From: a candidate division WS6 bacterium GW2011_GWF2_39_15 | GTDB taxonomy: Bacteria; Patescibacteriota; Dojkabacteria; SC72 | Direction of reading: 5' to 3' | Length of the DNA: 64,000 nt | Assembly (NCBI GenBank): GCA_000993565.1 | Contig: LBWK01000001.1 | Span: 300,208-364,207, forward strand | In this document: piece by piece, positions 19,980 through 29,907 of the stretch | Position numbering within the stretch: the first letter of the stretch is position 1 | Layout: every line of letters starts with the position of its first letter | Program-made: the position numbers and the translations under genes | The notes under the pieces: generated by a model | What the model saw: only the letters and a program-made list of their open reading frames with translations | What the model was told of the DNA's origin: nothing | Database searches by the model: none

Positions 19980-22832
19980 CTATCTTTTGAAAACCAATCC
20001 CCAAATCCAAAAAGCAAGATACACTAAATATATCCATAACGTAGCAAACAAACCGATCATATAGATAATTTGTGGTATATACACGATTATCAGTGAATCA
20101 TAACTCTCTATATTCTTTACATACCATCCGTTTGCATAGTCGTAAGTTGTAAGTTCCTGGCTACTTAGATCTGTCACAGTTTTATTATTTCTGATACCAA
20201 TAAGTCTCCATTGGGCGTTTTTATTCTGATTAAGCGACACTACATAATTACCGACAGCATCTTTACTCCAACTTACCTGTGAACCCCAAACATAATTTTT
20301 TATCGTAAGATCTAAATTCTTCCCTCTATCAAGATTGATTCCATCTACAACCTGACCAGAGTATGATAGGGGAAGAGTAACGAATCTCACTTCTTTAATA
20401 TCAATTGAAAAAATCTTTTCTTTCTCATCATTCAAATACAGGTAAAGAGACATATCATTTTTATCCTTATACCTGTCGATATTCTTTAGATATACATAGT
20501 CAGTTACATAACCGAAAGATTCTTCACGTCTCGTAATAATCCCGTCACTCTGAGAATCTTCCCCCAATACTCCTGAGAAATAGCAGAAATTATCTTTAAG
20601 CCCAAAGATACAATACCGAATACTCTGGGTAGAATTATTCGAATAGGTTACCTTCAATATTCCTCCCTTACCTATATTACTATTCATCACAGGTTCAAAC
20701 ATACATGTCCTTTGTCCAGCAGATGTAATTCTGATACCTGAGCTCTTTTTTAGCTTTGTTATTTGAATTTCCGATGGTTCTGTATCCTCAGGATCACATG
20801 TATATCGGGAACCGTTATTCCAAACTCCGTTATTAAAGTTGTAATTTGAGATCAGATCATAATGCCCAGACTTTAAATCCAGGCTTTGGGATTCATCTTC
20901 ATTATTGATATAGAGGGAGTCTCCGACTATCGAGAACCCATTGTTCTTCGGCTCTTTGCCACATATAGATGAGTTAGGGAAATATTTGTCAACCGGGAGA
21001 CCAACTCTACACTCATTACTCCCATAGATAATTTTTGAACTAACCTGGATACTATCTTTAGAATGATCATTACATGTATTGCGATATAGAGATAATTGCC
21101 CATATTCGCTCACAAGGTTCCAGCAATCGAAATTGCTAATCAATGCCTTAAATTCATTTAACCGAACTTTAGAGCCGTCACCAGGAAGGTCTATGAAATC
21201 ATTTCGAAGAAGAATCCAATTTGTTTGCGTTCTAAATAAAAAATCATTGAGGGTGGTTGCATTTGGTTCCTGTAAGCTATTCAAAATACTGACAGTTTTG
21301 TTTCCCTGTATCTGATTGTAATACCCGTCTATGTAGTCGACATCTGCAAGTCTATGCATAATATCAGGGCCGGCATAACCCCAATCATAGTATGTATACC
21401 CATAGATATGTTTTGATAAAGGTAGAGGAAGAACTTTTTGCCCTTTGGCATTTTCATTTAAATACTCTGCCATTTCCAGATAGCCATAAGTAATTGGGCT
21501 TATCCAAGCTTCATTAATCGCCCTCCCAGGTATAACATATAGCAAAATCCCAAAGATAAATAAGAAGAAAACTATCTGTACTCTGGTAAATGTATAAACA
21601 AACTTCTCTGAAGTGAACTTGAAAAGCTGCTTGATCTCCAATTTCTGGTTAAACAACAATGCCAGCAAAAGAGACCCAATAAAGAAATACGGCATAGACC
21701 AATATGTCCAGCTGTCCCGGAATAAATCTGAGTATAATGGGATCTTTGATAAAGTTTCTGCAAATATACTGCCAAACGGAGAACCGAATCCATTTGCTAA
21801 AATACCAAAGATTATAAAAATAAATAACAACACCCAACGCTTTTTAAGATTAATCAATCCTGAGATGATCATACAGATGATAGGTACTAACCCTAGTGTC
21901 AGCATGGCTGACTTGGATATATTCCCTAGAATCGGGAAATTATGATCGCCTGGATTAATGGAACTTAAACCATGAGTCCAGGCATATGAGCCAAACCCAG
22001 CCATCGTTTCGACAAGCTTATAATCCTTTGAAAATAGTGTCGCATCATTTCTATAGTATTCCAGTAGACTATTCTGTGCGATATCCGAGTAGTTCAGACG
22101 AGAACCAAAGTAGGAGAGAAAGACCACAGTGTTCAAGAAAAGCGCAACGATAACTATTAAACATACTTCTCTAAGCCGAATTCTGATCGAGATCAGATCC
22201 ATTTTCCCTAATACTAGTACAATAGCTGGGACAAGAATCCAATAAATAAGATATATATTTGCAGTTCGCGATATCGACATCATAACCAAAGCAAATATCC
22301 CAGCTCCAAGATAGGGATTAATCGTTTTATCAAAAGTACGAGCTAGAATATAAACCAGAAGGGGTAAGGAAGCATATGCATATAGGAGATGGGGTTGTGG
22401 AAATTGAAAGCGGAGAAACACATAAACATTGAGCATAAAAAATAAACTCCCAACCCACATTGCAAGTTTGCCAAATTTCAAATAACGAAGAAGCATGAAC
22501 ATAAAGATTCCTGCAAAAGCTCTTAAAACCGTGAAGTATAGGAAGTTGGTTAAAGTTATTGACCTAACAAGCATCTGAATAATTAGCTGAGGGAGAAGAA
22601 GAAATAGTTTACTTACTGCGAAGAACTCCGGAACTCCCAGCGCTTCTCCTGACCATACATAAAGACTTCTTTTAATTTCCAAACCTATATTTATCGGATA
22701 GTCGATATCGCCACCATTTATAAGTTGACCCCACTGTCCTTTGTATGCAATTAAATGAATCGCTAGGCTTATACCTAAAAAAACGGCTAAAGGAGCGAAT
22801 TTCTTTAGCAGATTCAAGATCTTTCTTTTCAT
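19980..22832 (-). CDS. Large polytopic membrane protein with a C-terminal extracytoplasmic domain (GT-C-fold glycosyltransferase-like).
   Basis: >12 TM helices in the N-terminal ~550 aa, then a ~450-aa soluble domain. I prefer the internal ATG at 22832 (MKRKILNLLKKFAPLAVFLG), which avoids a 148-nt overlap with the divergent GT gene. The track ORF extends to 23000. Confidence 0.6.
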   Translation of the reverse strand: MKRKILNLLKKFAPLAVFLGISLAIHLIAYKGQWGQLINGGDIDYPINIGLEIKRSLYVWSGEALGVPEFFAVSKLFLLLPQLIIQMLVRSITLTNFLYFTVLRAFAGIFMFMLLRYLKFGKLAMWVGSLFFMLNVYVFLRFQFPQPHLLYAYASLPLLVYILARTFDKTINPYLGAGIFALVMMSISRTANIYLIYWILVPAIVLVLGKMDLISIRIRLREVCLIVIVALFLNTVVFLSYFGSRLNYSDIAQNSLLEYYRNDATLFSKDYKLVETMAGFGSYAWTHGLSSINPGDHNFPILGNISKSAMLTLGLVPIICMIISGLINLKKRWVLLFIFIIFGILANGFGSPFGSIFAETLSKIPLYSDLFRDSWTYWSMPYFFIGSLLLALLFNQKLEIKQLFKFTSEKFVYTFTRVQIVFFLFIFGILLYVIPGRAINEAWISPITYGYLEMAEYLNENAKGQKVLPLPLSKHIYGYTYYDWGYAGPDIMHRLADVDYIDGYYNQIQGNKTVSILNSLQEPNATTLNDFLFRTQTNWILLRNDFIDLPGDGSKVRLNEFKALISNFDCWNLVSEYGQLSLYRNTCNDHSKDSIQVSSKIIYGSNECRVGLPVDKYFPNSSICGKEPKNNGFSIVGDSLYINNEDESQSLDLKSGHYDLISNYNFNNGVWNNGSRYTCDPEDTEPSEIQITKLKKSSGIRITSAGQRTCMFEPVMNSNIGKGGILKVTYSNNSTQSIRYCIFGLKDNFCYFSGVLGEDSQSDGIITRREESFGYVTDYVYLKNIDRYKDKNDMSLYLYLNDEKEKIFSIDIKEVRFVTLPLSYSGQVVDGINLDRGKNLDLTIKNYVWGSQVSWSKDAVGNYVVSLNQNKNAQWRLIGIRNNKTVTDLSSQELTTYDYANGWYVKNIESYDSLIIVYIPQIIYMIGLFATLWIYLVYLAFWIWGLVFKR

Positions 22833-22852
22833 AGCTGTAATTATACGAAATA

Positions 22853-24037
22853 ATGTATAATTTAACCATGAAAATACTTCTAGCTGTCCCAGAATATCCT
22901 CCACATCATATTGGAGGTGGTGGTGAAGTTTACAAACAGCTTGCAACAAACTATCAGCGATTAGGGCATGAGGTAACTGTTTTATATGGATATTATCCAA
23001 ATAGGGGATTAAATTCCAAAATTAAGAGCTACAAGAAAGATAATATAATCTTCTATGAGGTCCCGGAGCTACCATACCCTAAGTCGAAACCATTTCTCAG
23101 AACCGCAATGCCAGCTACCATGAAAGCAAAAAAAGAGCTTCAGGACATTATTAGTTCTGACATTTTTGATGTCGCACACCTTCACGGATATGGTTGGCCT
23201 TTAATAAACACAATTGCAGGGCTTTGTATGAAATTTAATATTCCTTATATTTACACATTACATGGATACCCTGAGAGCCAGAATTCTTCCCCAATTTTAA
23301 GACTTATATGGAATAACTTCATATTACCAACCCAAAATAGATCCCTAAGTCAAGCCCATTCACTAACGGCAATCTCCGACTATGTGGCAAAGGATCCAAG
23401 GAACACTCAACTTAGCAAGACTCATACAATATTCAACGGAATCAATTACAGTTCATTTAGAGAGATCGCAAATGAGGTAGATATAAAGACGGAAAACAAC
23501 ATTTCAGATGATGACTTATTCATATATTCAATAGGTAGGTTGGCAGAAATGAAAGGCTTCCAGAATATCGTTAAGTTGATACCTCAGATAAATAAGCAGG
23601 GAATGAAAGTAAAATACTTAATCGCCGGTGATGATGATGGATATATGAAAGAATTGGAAAAGCTAGTTTCAAACTTAAGGTTAGAGGATCAAGTTAAGCT
23701 TGTAGGTTTTCATGGTGATGATACTAAAAAAATGTTCATAAAACAGTGTAATATATACGCAGTTCCATCGTTATGGGAACCATTTGGTTTAACCGTTCTT
23801 GAAGGAATGGTATTTGAGAAACTGATACTAACAACCGAGGCCGGAGGGATTAAGGAAGTTTTGGAGGGATATAGCAACAAGATTAATATGGATGATAAAG
23901 ATCTGATAAATAAAATCATCAGTAGAAAGCAAAATAGAAGCGAAATGGATTGGAATAGATTTAATTGGGAAACAATATCCAAGAATTATCTTAGTCTTTT
24001 AGAAGAAGCCGCTATTCATACAAAGAGATTAGCCTGA
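22853..24037 (+). CDS. Glycosyltransferase family 4 (GT-B, GT1-domain).
   Basis: N-terminal LLAVPEYPPHHIGGGGEV. C-terminal motifs VPSLWEPFGLTVLEGM match the EX7E region of GT4. Confidence 0.8.
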   Translation: MYNLTMKILLAVPEYPPHHIGGGGEVYKQLATNYQRLGHEVTVLYGYYPNRGLNSKIKSYKKDNIIFYEVPELPYPKSKPFLRTAMPATMKAKKELQDIISSDIFDVAHLHGYGWPLINTIAGLCMKFNIPYIYTLHGYPESQNSSPILRLIWNNFILPTQNRSLSQAHSLTAISDYVAKDPRNTQLSKTHTIFNGINYSSFREIANEVDIKTENNISDDDLFIYSIGRLAEMKGFQNIVKLIPQINKQGMKVKYLIAGDDDGYMKELEKLVSNLRLEDQVKLVGFHGDDTKKMFIKQCNIYAVPSLWEPFGLTVLEGMVFEKLILTTEAGGIKEVLEGYSNKINMDDKDLINKIISRKQNRSEMDWNRFNWETISKNYLSLLEEAAIHTKRLA

Positions 24038-24279
24038 ACGATTTAGCACGACTTAGTGATATTAAAGGTTAAATAGAGTCACATCTCATATTTACTCGAA
24101 GCGAGTAATAGCCTATAATATTTATCTTTTCCTCCATTTTTAGTATAATATATTGTCTAAATAATACATTTAGAAATACTGCTCTTTACAAATATATTTC
24201 TTAAATGCAGGGAGTCATCAAGTAATGATTTATATCGTTATTTGAATATCTCCTTGCTATTCCTCCTAAATGTCATAGT

Positions 24280-24711
24280 TTGACGATTAGAGCAATACTT
24301 TATTGTTGTAATCGTCAGATTTTGACTATGGAGGTAGTCATGAAAAAAATGATTGAAAAAGTAAAAGCAGCACTGGCCTTGAAAAGTGAAAAAAGGAAAG
24401 CACGATTCTATCTGATCATGCTGGAAATCCTTTTTCTCACAATCATAACACAGGTTCATGGAAATCCTATGAGCCAGTTTCTTGCCGGAAGTGCTGGAGT
24501 GATTGGTTTCTTCGGATATCAGGCACTCATCAGAGGGTTTCGCTCCGAATGGGCTGTATTTGCAGGCTTACTAATGGGAGTTTCAATTTCCCCTCTTAGT
24601 ATGATCATTGCATACAGTTTATTACATTTGGAGGTTACCCAATCATTTACGCTGAGCATGGTAGCATGGTGGTTTATACCATTCATTTCTACCTTGCTCA
24701 ATGAAAGCTGA
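24280..24711 (+). CDS. Small membrane protein. The likely true start is the internal MKKMIEKV at ~24340.
   Basis: ORF with 3-4 hydrophobic helices, followed by a strong hairpin. Confidence 0.35.
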   Translation: MTIRAILYCCNRQILTMEVVMKKMIEKVKAALALKSEKRKARFYLIMLEILFLTIITQVHGNPMSQFLAGSAGVIGFFGYQALIRGFRSEWAVFAGLLMGVSISPLSMIIAYSLLHLEVTQSFTLSMVAWWFIPFISTLLNES

Positions 24712-24714
24712 GGA

Positions 24715-24770
24715 GATAACCGCCCAAGCACGTGAGTGCGTCAAAAACATCTGACGCACTCACGGTTATC
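24715..24770 (+). terminator. Stem-loop terminator candidate.
   Basis: gataacc-8nt-CGTGAGTGCGTCA-aaaacatc-TGACGCACTCACG-ggttatc. The inner stem is 13 bp perfect, with a 7-bp outer stem. Confidence 0.5.
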
Positions 24771-24828
24771 TATGTATTTAAGAAATATATATTCTCTATC
24801 CAATTATCTTAGAAAAATTGGATAATTT

Positions 24829-26469
24829 GTGAGATACTCTTCTTATATGAAAATCCTAACCTGGTTTAAATCACATTACTATATTATTCTTCCAATCCTT
24901 CTCCTCTCAGTAATCTCTTTAATGAATTTCCATTCCAATCAATTTATAATGGGATTGGATAATATATCTCCATACTTTAATTCAAGAGCAGTGCTAGATA
25001 AGCTATTTGGAAGTGAAACTGGTGCTGTATTCGCGAACCTCCCCTTTCTATTTACACTCCCTATATTTGAACTTCTTAAACTCATTTCAATTCCCATATG
25101 GGCAATCAATCAGCTGTATTTGATGTTCGGACTTTGGATGGGAGTATTAGGAACGGGATACCTCGTATACAGAATCACAAAGTCTAAAAAAGGCTTTCTG
25201 TTTGGATCAGTACTATCTTTGGCAAACCTTGCAACTTTCTGGATCTTTAATCAGCCTAACTACTTCTTTGTAGCCGCATTTGCATCTATACCATGGTTAA
25301 TGGAGTGGGGGATAGGAAAGCCAGAGAAAAACCTTGTCTTAACAATAATCAGGATCACCGCCGTTATACTATTCTTCCAGACGACAATGAATCTAGTGGT
25401 CTTCATCTCATACCTCTTTGCAATTCTTCTAATACAATTTGCTATAAACACTAGCAGAGTGGAATGGAAGAGTAATTTAATAACTCAGACAAAAAGGCTG
25501 GGAATTATTCTATTAATACTTTTAATTGTATGGCAAGCAGGAATATTTCTGACAGGAAAATCCGATTTTGTTGTTTCTAAATTAGTAACATACTACTCAA
25601 GTATCAAAGAGAACCCTCTAACAAAAGCCATTACTAAAGATCTTCAGGCATCAGGAATAATTAATAACAATATTGTCAATAATATTGTTTTCAAAAACTC
25701 ATGGGTTGAAACTCATACAACGGAGGGCATCAGACTATTTCAAAGCTATGATTACTACTCAGGTCCTATATTCCTAATTGGACTTATACCGTTCGTACTA
25801 GCCCTTTCGACCCTTTTCAATAGTGATCGACAAAAGAAAATTCCTTTACACTTTGCTCTCATAGTGGGACTCATACTAATGAGCAGTATTATGTTGAAGG
25901 CAACTCAAGGGGTACCAGTATTAAGTGAGGCTTTCAGGTGGAGTGCAAGTAAGTTCTGGCCCCTTATTATCTTTCCGATTATCCTCCTCGCTACAGACTC
26001 TCTAGTCACGTTAAAAAGGCCTTTGATAACCGGGATCGTCTTCGGTCTGCTCCTCATTTATATCCTCCCAATGTTTACGGGTAATCTCTTTTCCAAAGAA
26101 CTTGTAACAAAGCTACCTGGCGAGTATTTCAAACTGGATAACAATATTAAAAGTGAAACTCTCTATTACTATCTTCCTGCTCCTCAGGATCTATATTTTT
26201 ATACATACAAATTCGGATATTTTGGTTCCGATTTTGTTTCGTATATGACAAAAGGAGACACTCAAAAAACCGGGATTCTCTCATACTTCAATAATGTTGA
26301 GAGGTACAAGAGTATTAGTAAATCCCTCGTAAACTGTGAGTCGAAAATTGAGAATATTAAGATAATCTGGGATTCAAATGTAGAGACAGGGAGTAATATA
26401 ATTAAAAATTGTTTGGACAGCAAATATAATCTAACTTCAAAAGACAGGGGATTATATATATATGAGTAA
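24829..26469 (+). CDS. Polytopic membrane protein (GT-C / polymerase-like).
   Basis: 546 aa with ~12 TM helices. It sits inside a glycosyltransferase cluster. Confidence 0.5.
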   Translation: MRYSSYMKILTWFKSHYYIILPILLLSVISLMNFHSNQFIMGLDNISPYFNSRAVLDKLFGSETGAVFANLPFLFTLPIFELLKLISIPIWAINQLYLMFGLWMGVLGTGYLVYRITKSKKGFLFGSVLSLANLATFWIFNQPNYFFVAAFASIPWLMEWGIGKPEKNLVLTIIRITAVILFFQTTMNLVVFISYLFAILLIQFAINTSRVEWKSNLITQTKRLGIILLILLIVWQAGIFLTGKSDFVVSKLVTYYSSIKENPLTKAITKDLQASGIINNNIVNNIVFKNSWVETHTTEGIRLFQSYDYYSGPIFLIGLIPFVLALSTLFNSDRQKKIPLHFALIVGLILMSSIMLKATQGVPVLSEAFRWSASKFWPLIIFPIILLATDSLVTLKRPLITGIVFGLLLIYILPMFTGNLFSKELVTKLPGEYFKLDNNIKSETLYYYLPAPQDLYFYTYKFGYFGSDFVSYMTKGDTQKTGILSYFNNVERYKSISKSLVNCESKIENIKIIWDSNVETGSNIIKNCLDSKYNLTSKDRGLYIYE

Positions 26470-27691
26470 AGACACAGTACTGGTAATAACCTCATATCCT
26501 TCTAAAGATACTAAACATGATAAAGGAGTGAGCGGACTGGCCTCATTTGCAAAAAACACTGTAGAGTCTATACCTAAAGATAATATTAATATAATTGTTC
26601 TTGCGGAAAAGAAAGACAAGTTTGATGTGTACAAAGAGGGTGATGTACTAGTTAAAAGAATATGGCAGAGAAATACCCTCAGATTATATTTCCAGCTTTT
26701 CAAACAGGCTTGGATCTACAGGAAGGTGTCAAATAAAATACTTCTGGAGTTTGAATACTCTGTCTACGGATCAAACTTTGTAACCGGATTTATGCCAATA
26801 TTCATCATTGCCGCACGAGTACTTGGGTACAAGACGGTATCGGTTATGCACCAGGTCATTAGAAGTAGGGAAATTCTTTCACAAAACTTAGGTCTTGCTC
26901 AAAGAAGTTTTAAGCTGCATATTGTCTACTTTCTGACCCAAATATTTACACGTTTCTTCACATTCGTTTCTTCTCATATTGTGGTGCTTGATGAAGTACA
27001 CAAGCAAAATTTGAAAGATATTACAAACATCAAAAAGGTAACAGTCATACCACACGGAGTAGAGCAGAGAGACGTAGTACAAAAAGAGACTGGAAAGAAA
27101 ATCAACCTTTTATATTTTGGATTCCTTGCTTGGTATAAAGGGGCAGACTGGTTAATAGATTCTTATCTGGAATTCTCTAAACATAACCCGGAACTGGCTG
27201 ATAAATTCCACATAACTATGGCAGGAGGTGAGAGCCCTACACAGTCGGTAAATCCTAAATATAGGGAATATTATGACGGTATGGTAAGGAAGGCCAACGA
27301 GAATAAGAATATAACCATAACAGGGTTTGTTAAGGAAGAGGACTTCGACACTATCTTTGGTAATGCAGATATTCAGATATTGCCTTATAGGGCCATTATG
27401 TCCTCCAGTGGGCCACTGTCATGGGCTTTTACTTATGAAAAACCTGTTTTGTTGTCTAATATTCTAAGCCCTTATCTCGAAACTGAAGATATAAAGGAAG
27501 TTCTAAATGAACTTAAAATAAGCAGCAACCAATTTACTTTCAATTTGGATAAGCCCTTTAAACTTTTTGAAAGACTTCTAGAAATGCCAAAGCCAGATTT
27601 AAACAGATTAAGTGAATTTTCAAGAGAGGTTAAAGGTAAGCGCAATTGGAAATGGCTTGGGGAGAAGTATCTGTCTATTATATTAAGCTAA
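26462..27691 (+). CDS. Glycosyltransferase, GT1/GT4-like (GT-B).
   Basis: The C-terminal domain carries LLYFGFLAWYKGADWLIDS ... ILPYRAIMSSSGPLSWAFTYEKPVLLSN (GT-B sugar-donor domain). Its start overlaps the upstream gene. Confidence 0.55.
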   Translation: MSKDTVLVITSYPSKDTKHDKGVSGLASFAKNTVESIPKDNINIIVLAEKKDKFDVYKEGDVLVKRIWQRNTLRLYFQLFKQAWIYRKVSNKILLEFEYSVYGSNFVTGFMPIFIIAARVLGYKTVSVMHQVIRSREILSQNLGLAQRSFKLHIVYFLTQIFTRFFTFVSSHIVVLDEVHKQNLKDITNIKKVTVIPHGVEQRDVVQKETGKKINLLYFGFLAWYKGADWLIDSYLEFSKHNPELADKFHITMAGGESPTQSVNPKYREYYDGMVRKANENKNITITGFVKEEDFDTIFGNADIQILPYRAIMSSSGPLSWAFTYEKPVLLSNILSPYLETEDIKEVLNELKISSNQFTFNLDKPFKLFERLLEMPKPDLNRLSEFSREVKGKRNWKWLGEKYLSIILS

Positions 27692-27701
27692 TACAAAGCC
27701 T

Positions 27702-28481
27702 TTAAATCTTATTGTAGTAAATATCAACCTTCTGACGAATCTCATCTTCAGTGAATCTTCCTGTTAACCGTAAAAGGTTTTCAATAACAGATTTGTCAAC
27801 GCCGGACTTTCTCATCCATTTAAAATGATATCCCACAGAGTCAATACTTTGTCTATTGTAACCCTCAACTAATGGTCTCCACACATTATTCATCATCTCT
27901 AAAAGTAGATCCCTATTCATTCGTTCAGGAAAGATACTACGAATACAAACGGCTAGACCTTTAACTAATTCAACTGTTCTAATATCTGAAAGGGTAATGT
28001 AAAATAGCCCGCCATTTGACTCTCGGATACCATGTTCACGACTCAATACATCGTAACGCTGAACAGCAGATACTTCTCTAAACACAACTTCTGCATCCTC
28101 ATTAGGATAAAGCACTACAGAGGTTGTCACATGGGCAATTAATTGCTGCAAAGAAGTTAATACCCGACCATGTATTCGAGCCTCTTCATTTGGGACAGTT
28201 TTCCTCTGGTGTACATATGAAGAAGCAGAAACTATATCTGTCTTGACTACGTTACTCACAGTATACTCCCCTGACTGCTCCATAAAGTACCTTCTAGCTT
28301 GCTCCAGGCTCTGCATAAATGAGACATATTCATCAAAAGTCATGCCTTCCTTAATATTTTCGTAAAATGCTCTCTCTCCTCCTGTTGGAGAGCCAGATCC
28401 TGGTCCTAAATCTGTAGCGACTCCATCAACAATTTCGCCACCATCCTGATCGCGTTTGGGAGTAATTGGGTAATTAGTCAT
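27702..28481 (-). CDS. Hypothetical protein, co-operonic with the GT2 gene.
   Basis: 259-aa ORF with an 8-nt overlap with the upstream GT2 gene. Confidence 0.45.
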   Translation of the reverse strand: MTNYPITPKRDQDGGEIVDGVATDLGPGSGSPTGGERAFYENIKEGMTFDEYVSFMQSLEQARRYFMEQSGEYTVSNVVKTDIVSASSYVHQRKTVPNEEARIHGRVLTSLQQLIAHVTTSVVLYPNEDAEVVFREVSAVQRYDVLSREHGIRESNGGLFYITLSDIRTVELVKGLAVCIRSIFPERMNRDLLLEMMNNVWRPLVEGYNRQSIDSVGYHFKWMRKSGVDKSVIENLLRLTGRFTEDEIRQKVDIYYNKI

Positions 28482-29253
28482 TCTTCATACTATTTAAATT
28501 AGCTCTTGAATAATTATATCTGATTTTACTGAAACTCTTCTTTAACTGATACATCTTTAGCTTAGCAAGCTCCAAAGAAACCTCTTTAAAAGCCTTTCTG
28601 AAGTTCAGTTTGGACTCAGCTTTATATATCCATTTGATAGGGAACTCCCTTACTTTAAAACCATTAAACTTACTATCAATGAGTAAGTTTACATCAACCG
28701 TCCACTTATTGGCAACTAATATTTTCATCAGTTTCTTTGCTACATGTCTCTTCATTACCTTTACTGCACACTGAGTATCTGCAAACTTAAGTCCAAACAG
28801 AGTTCTTACTGCAACGTTAAACATTCTTGAAAGAACAAATCTGTAGACTGGCATATCACCGGATATTTCAGACTTTCTCATATATCTGCTACCCATTACC
28901 AGATCAAGCTCCGGATTCTTTTTAAGCATATTAAATCCTTTAACCAAGTCTTTTATTGAAGATGAACCGTCAGCATCCTGATATGCAACGTACTTTCCTT
29001 TACCAATTTTGACACCTCTGGCGATTGCACCACCTTTACCCGTATAACCCTTAATATTCATAACTTTTATGAATTCATAGCTCTTAGCTACCTCTTTGAC
29101 AACATCAACCGTATTGTCTGTGGAATTATTTACAACAACAATTACCTCACATTCAATACTGGACTTTGAGAAGTATTTCCCAAGTTCCATTAGAGTGGGT
29201 CTTATCCTCTTTTCTTCATTGTATGCCGGTATAATTACCGTTAAGTCTTTCAT
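28474..29253 (-). CDS. Glycosyltransferase family 2, polyprenol-phosphate sugar synthase (DPM1/GtrB-like).
   Basis: VIIPAYNEE, VIVVVNNSTDNT, GKGGAIARG and YQDADGS are GT2 DXD-type motifs. Confidence 0.8.
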   Translation of the reverse strand: MKDLTVIIPAYNEEKRIRPTLMELGKYFSKSSIECEVIVVVNNSTDNTVDVVKEVAKSYEFIKVMNIKGYTGKGGAIARGVKIGKGKYVAYQDADGSSSIKDLVKGFNMLKKNPELDLVMGSRYMRKSEISGDMPVYRFVLSRMFNVAVRTLFGLKFADTQCAVKVMKRHVAKKLMKILVANKWTVDVNLLIDSKFNGFKVREFPIKWIYKAESKLNFRKAFKEVSLELAKLKMYQLKKSFSKIRYNYSRANLNSMKND

Positions 29254-29414
29254 ATCATAAAGGCTTTATTTATACACTATATTATACCAAATTATCCCAT
29301 AGTATTCCATTCTCTATATTATAACCTTTGATAGGGGATTCTGAGTATTGACAACAATAATCATTCTGTTTACTATGGATAAGAAAGTAATTTATGGGAT
29401 ACTCATATAATTAA

Positions 29415-29906
29415 ATGGAACCTGCCCGACAAAATATCTCTCAGTTAATAGTAAATGATGATGTTACACAGACAAAGTTCAATCAATTTGCAAAGGAACT
29501 TCAGGATTTAGGAGCATCAGAGAAAGAGATTAAAGAGATAGCCATGGGAGTTGCAAAGACTGCATCTAATCAGACGACAGCAAAAATCAGCCTTTTAATG
29601 GACGATAGCGACTGGAGTAAATGGAAAGCCTTTGTAGATTCAACTCCAACACCAAATGTTGCACAACAACTCATTATCATGAACAAATTCCTTGAAGATA
29701 GGACAGGCAAGAGCCTAGAGACATTGCATCTTGAAATTCTTGATTCATTACTTAAAGATACTCTTGATCAGATTCAAAAGAGAAGGGATATGGCTATTAA
29801 AGTATCCAAACTTTCTGACGAACAGATAGATACCGTTAATGAAGCTCTTGATAATGAGGAGTTTGATAAAGCTGATGATATATTAAATTCTACAAGTACT
29901 AATTAA
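29415..29906 (+). CDS. Small acidic helical protein, translationally coupled to the giant gene.
   Basis: 163 aa, Asp/Glu-rich. The stop TAA overlaps the giant-gene start context (TAAAATG). Confidence 0.5.
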   Translation: MEPARQNISQLIVNDDVTQTKFNQFAKELQDLGASEKEIKEIAMGVAKTASNQTTAKISLLMDDSDWSKWKAFVDSTPTPNVAQQLIIMNKFLEDRTGKSLETLHLEILDSLLKDTLDQIQKRRDMAIKVSKLSDEQIDTVNEALDNEEFDKADDILNSTSTN

Positions 29907-29907
29907 A

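Noticed and set aside
22833-23000. 148-nt overlap between the 1006-aa minus-strand ORF and the GT4 gene start.
   Set aside because: It is resolved by using the internal ATG at 22832, which begins a typical basic N-terminus followed by a TM helix. The upstream extension is probably not translated.
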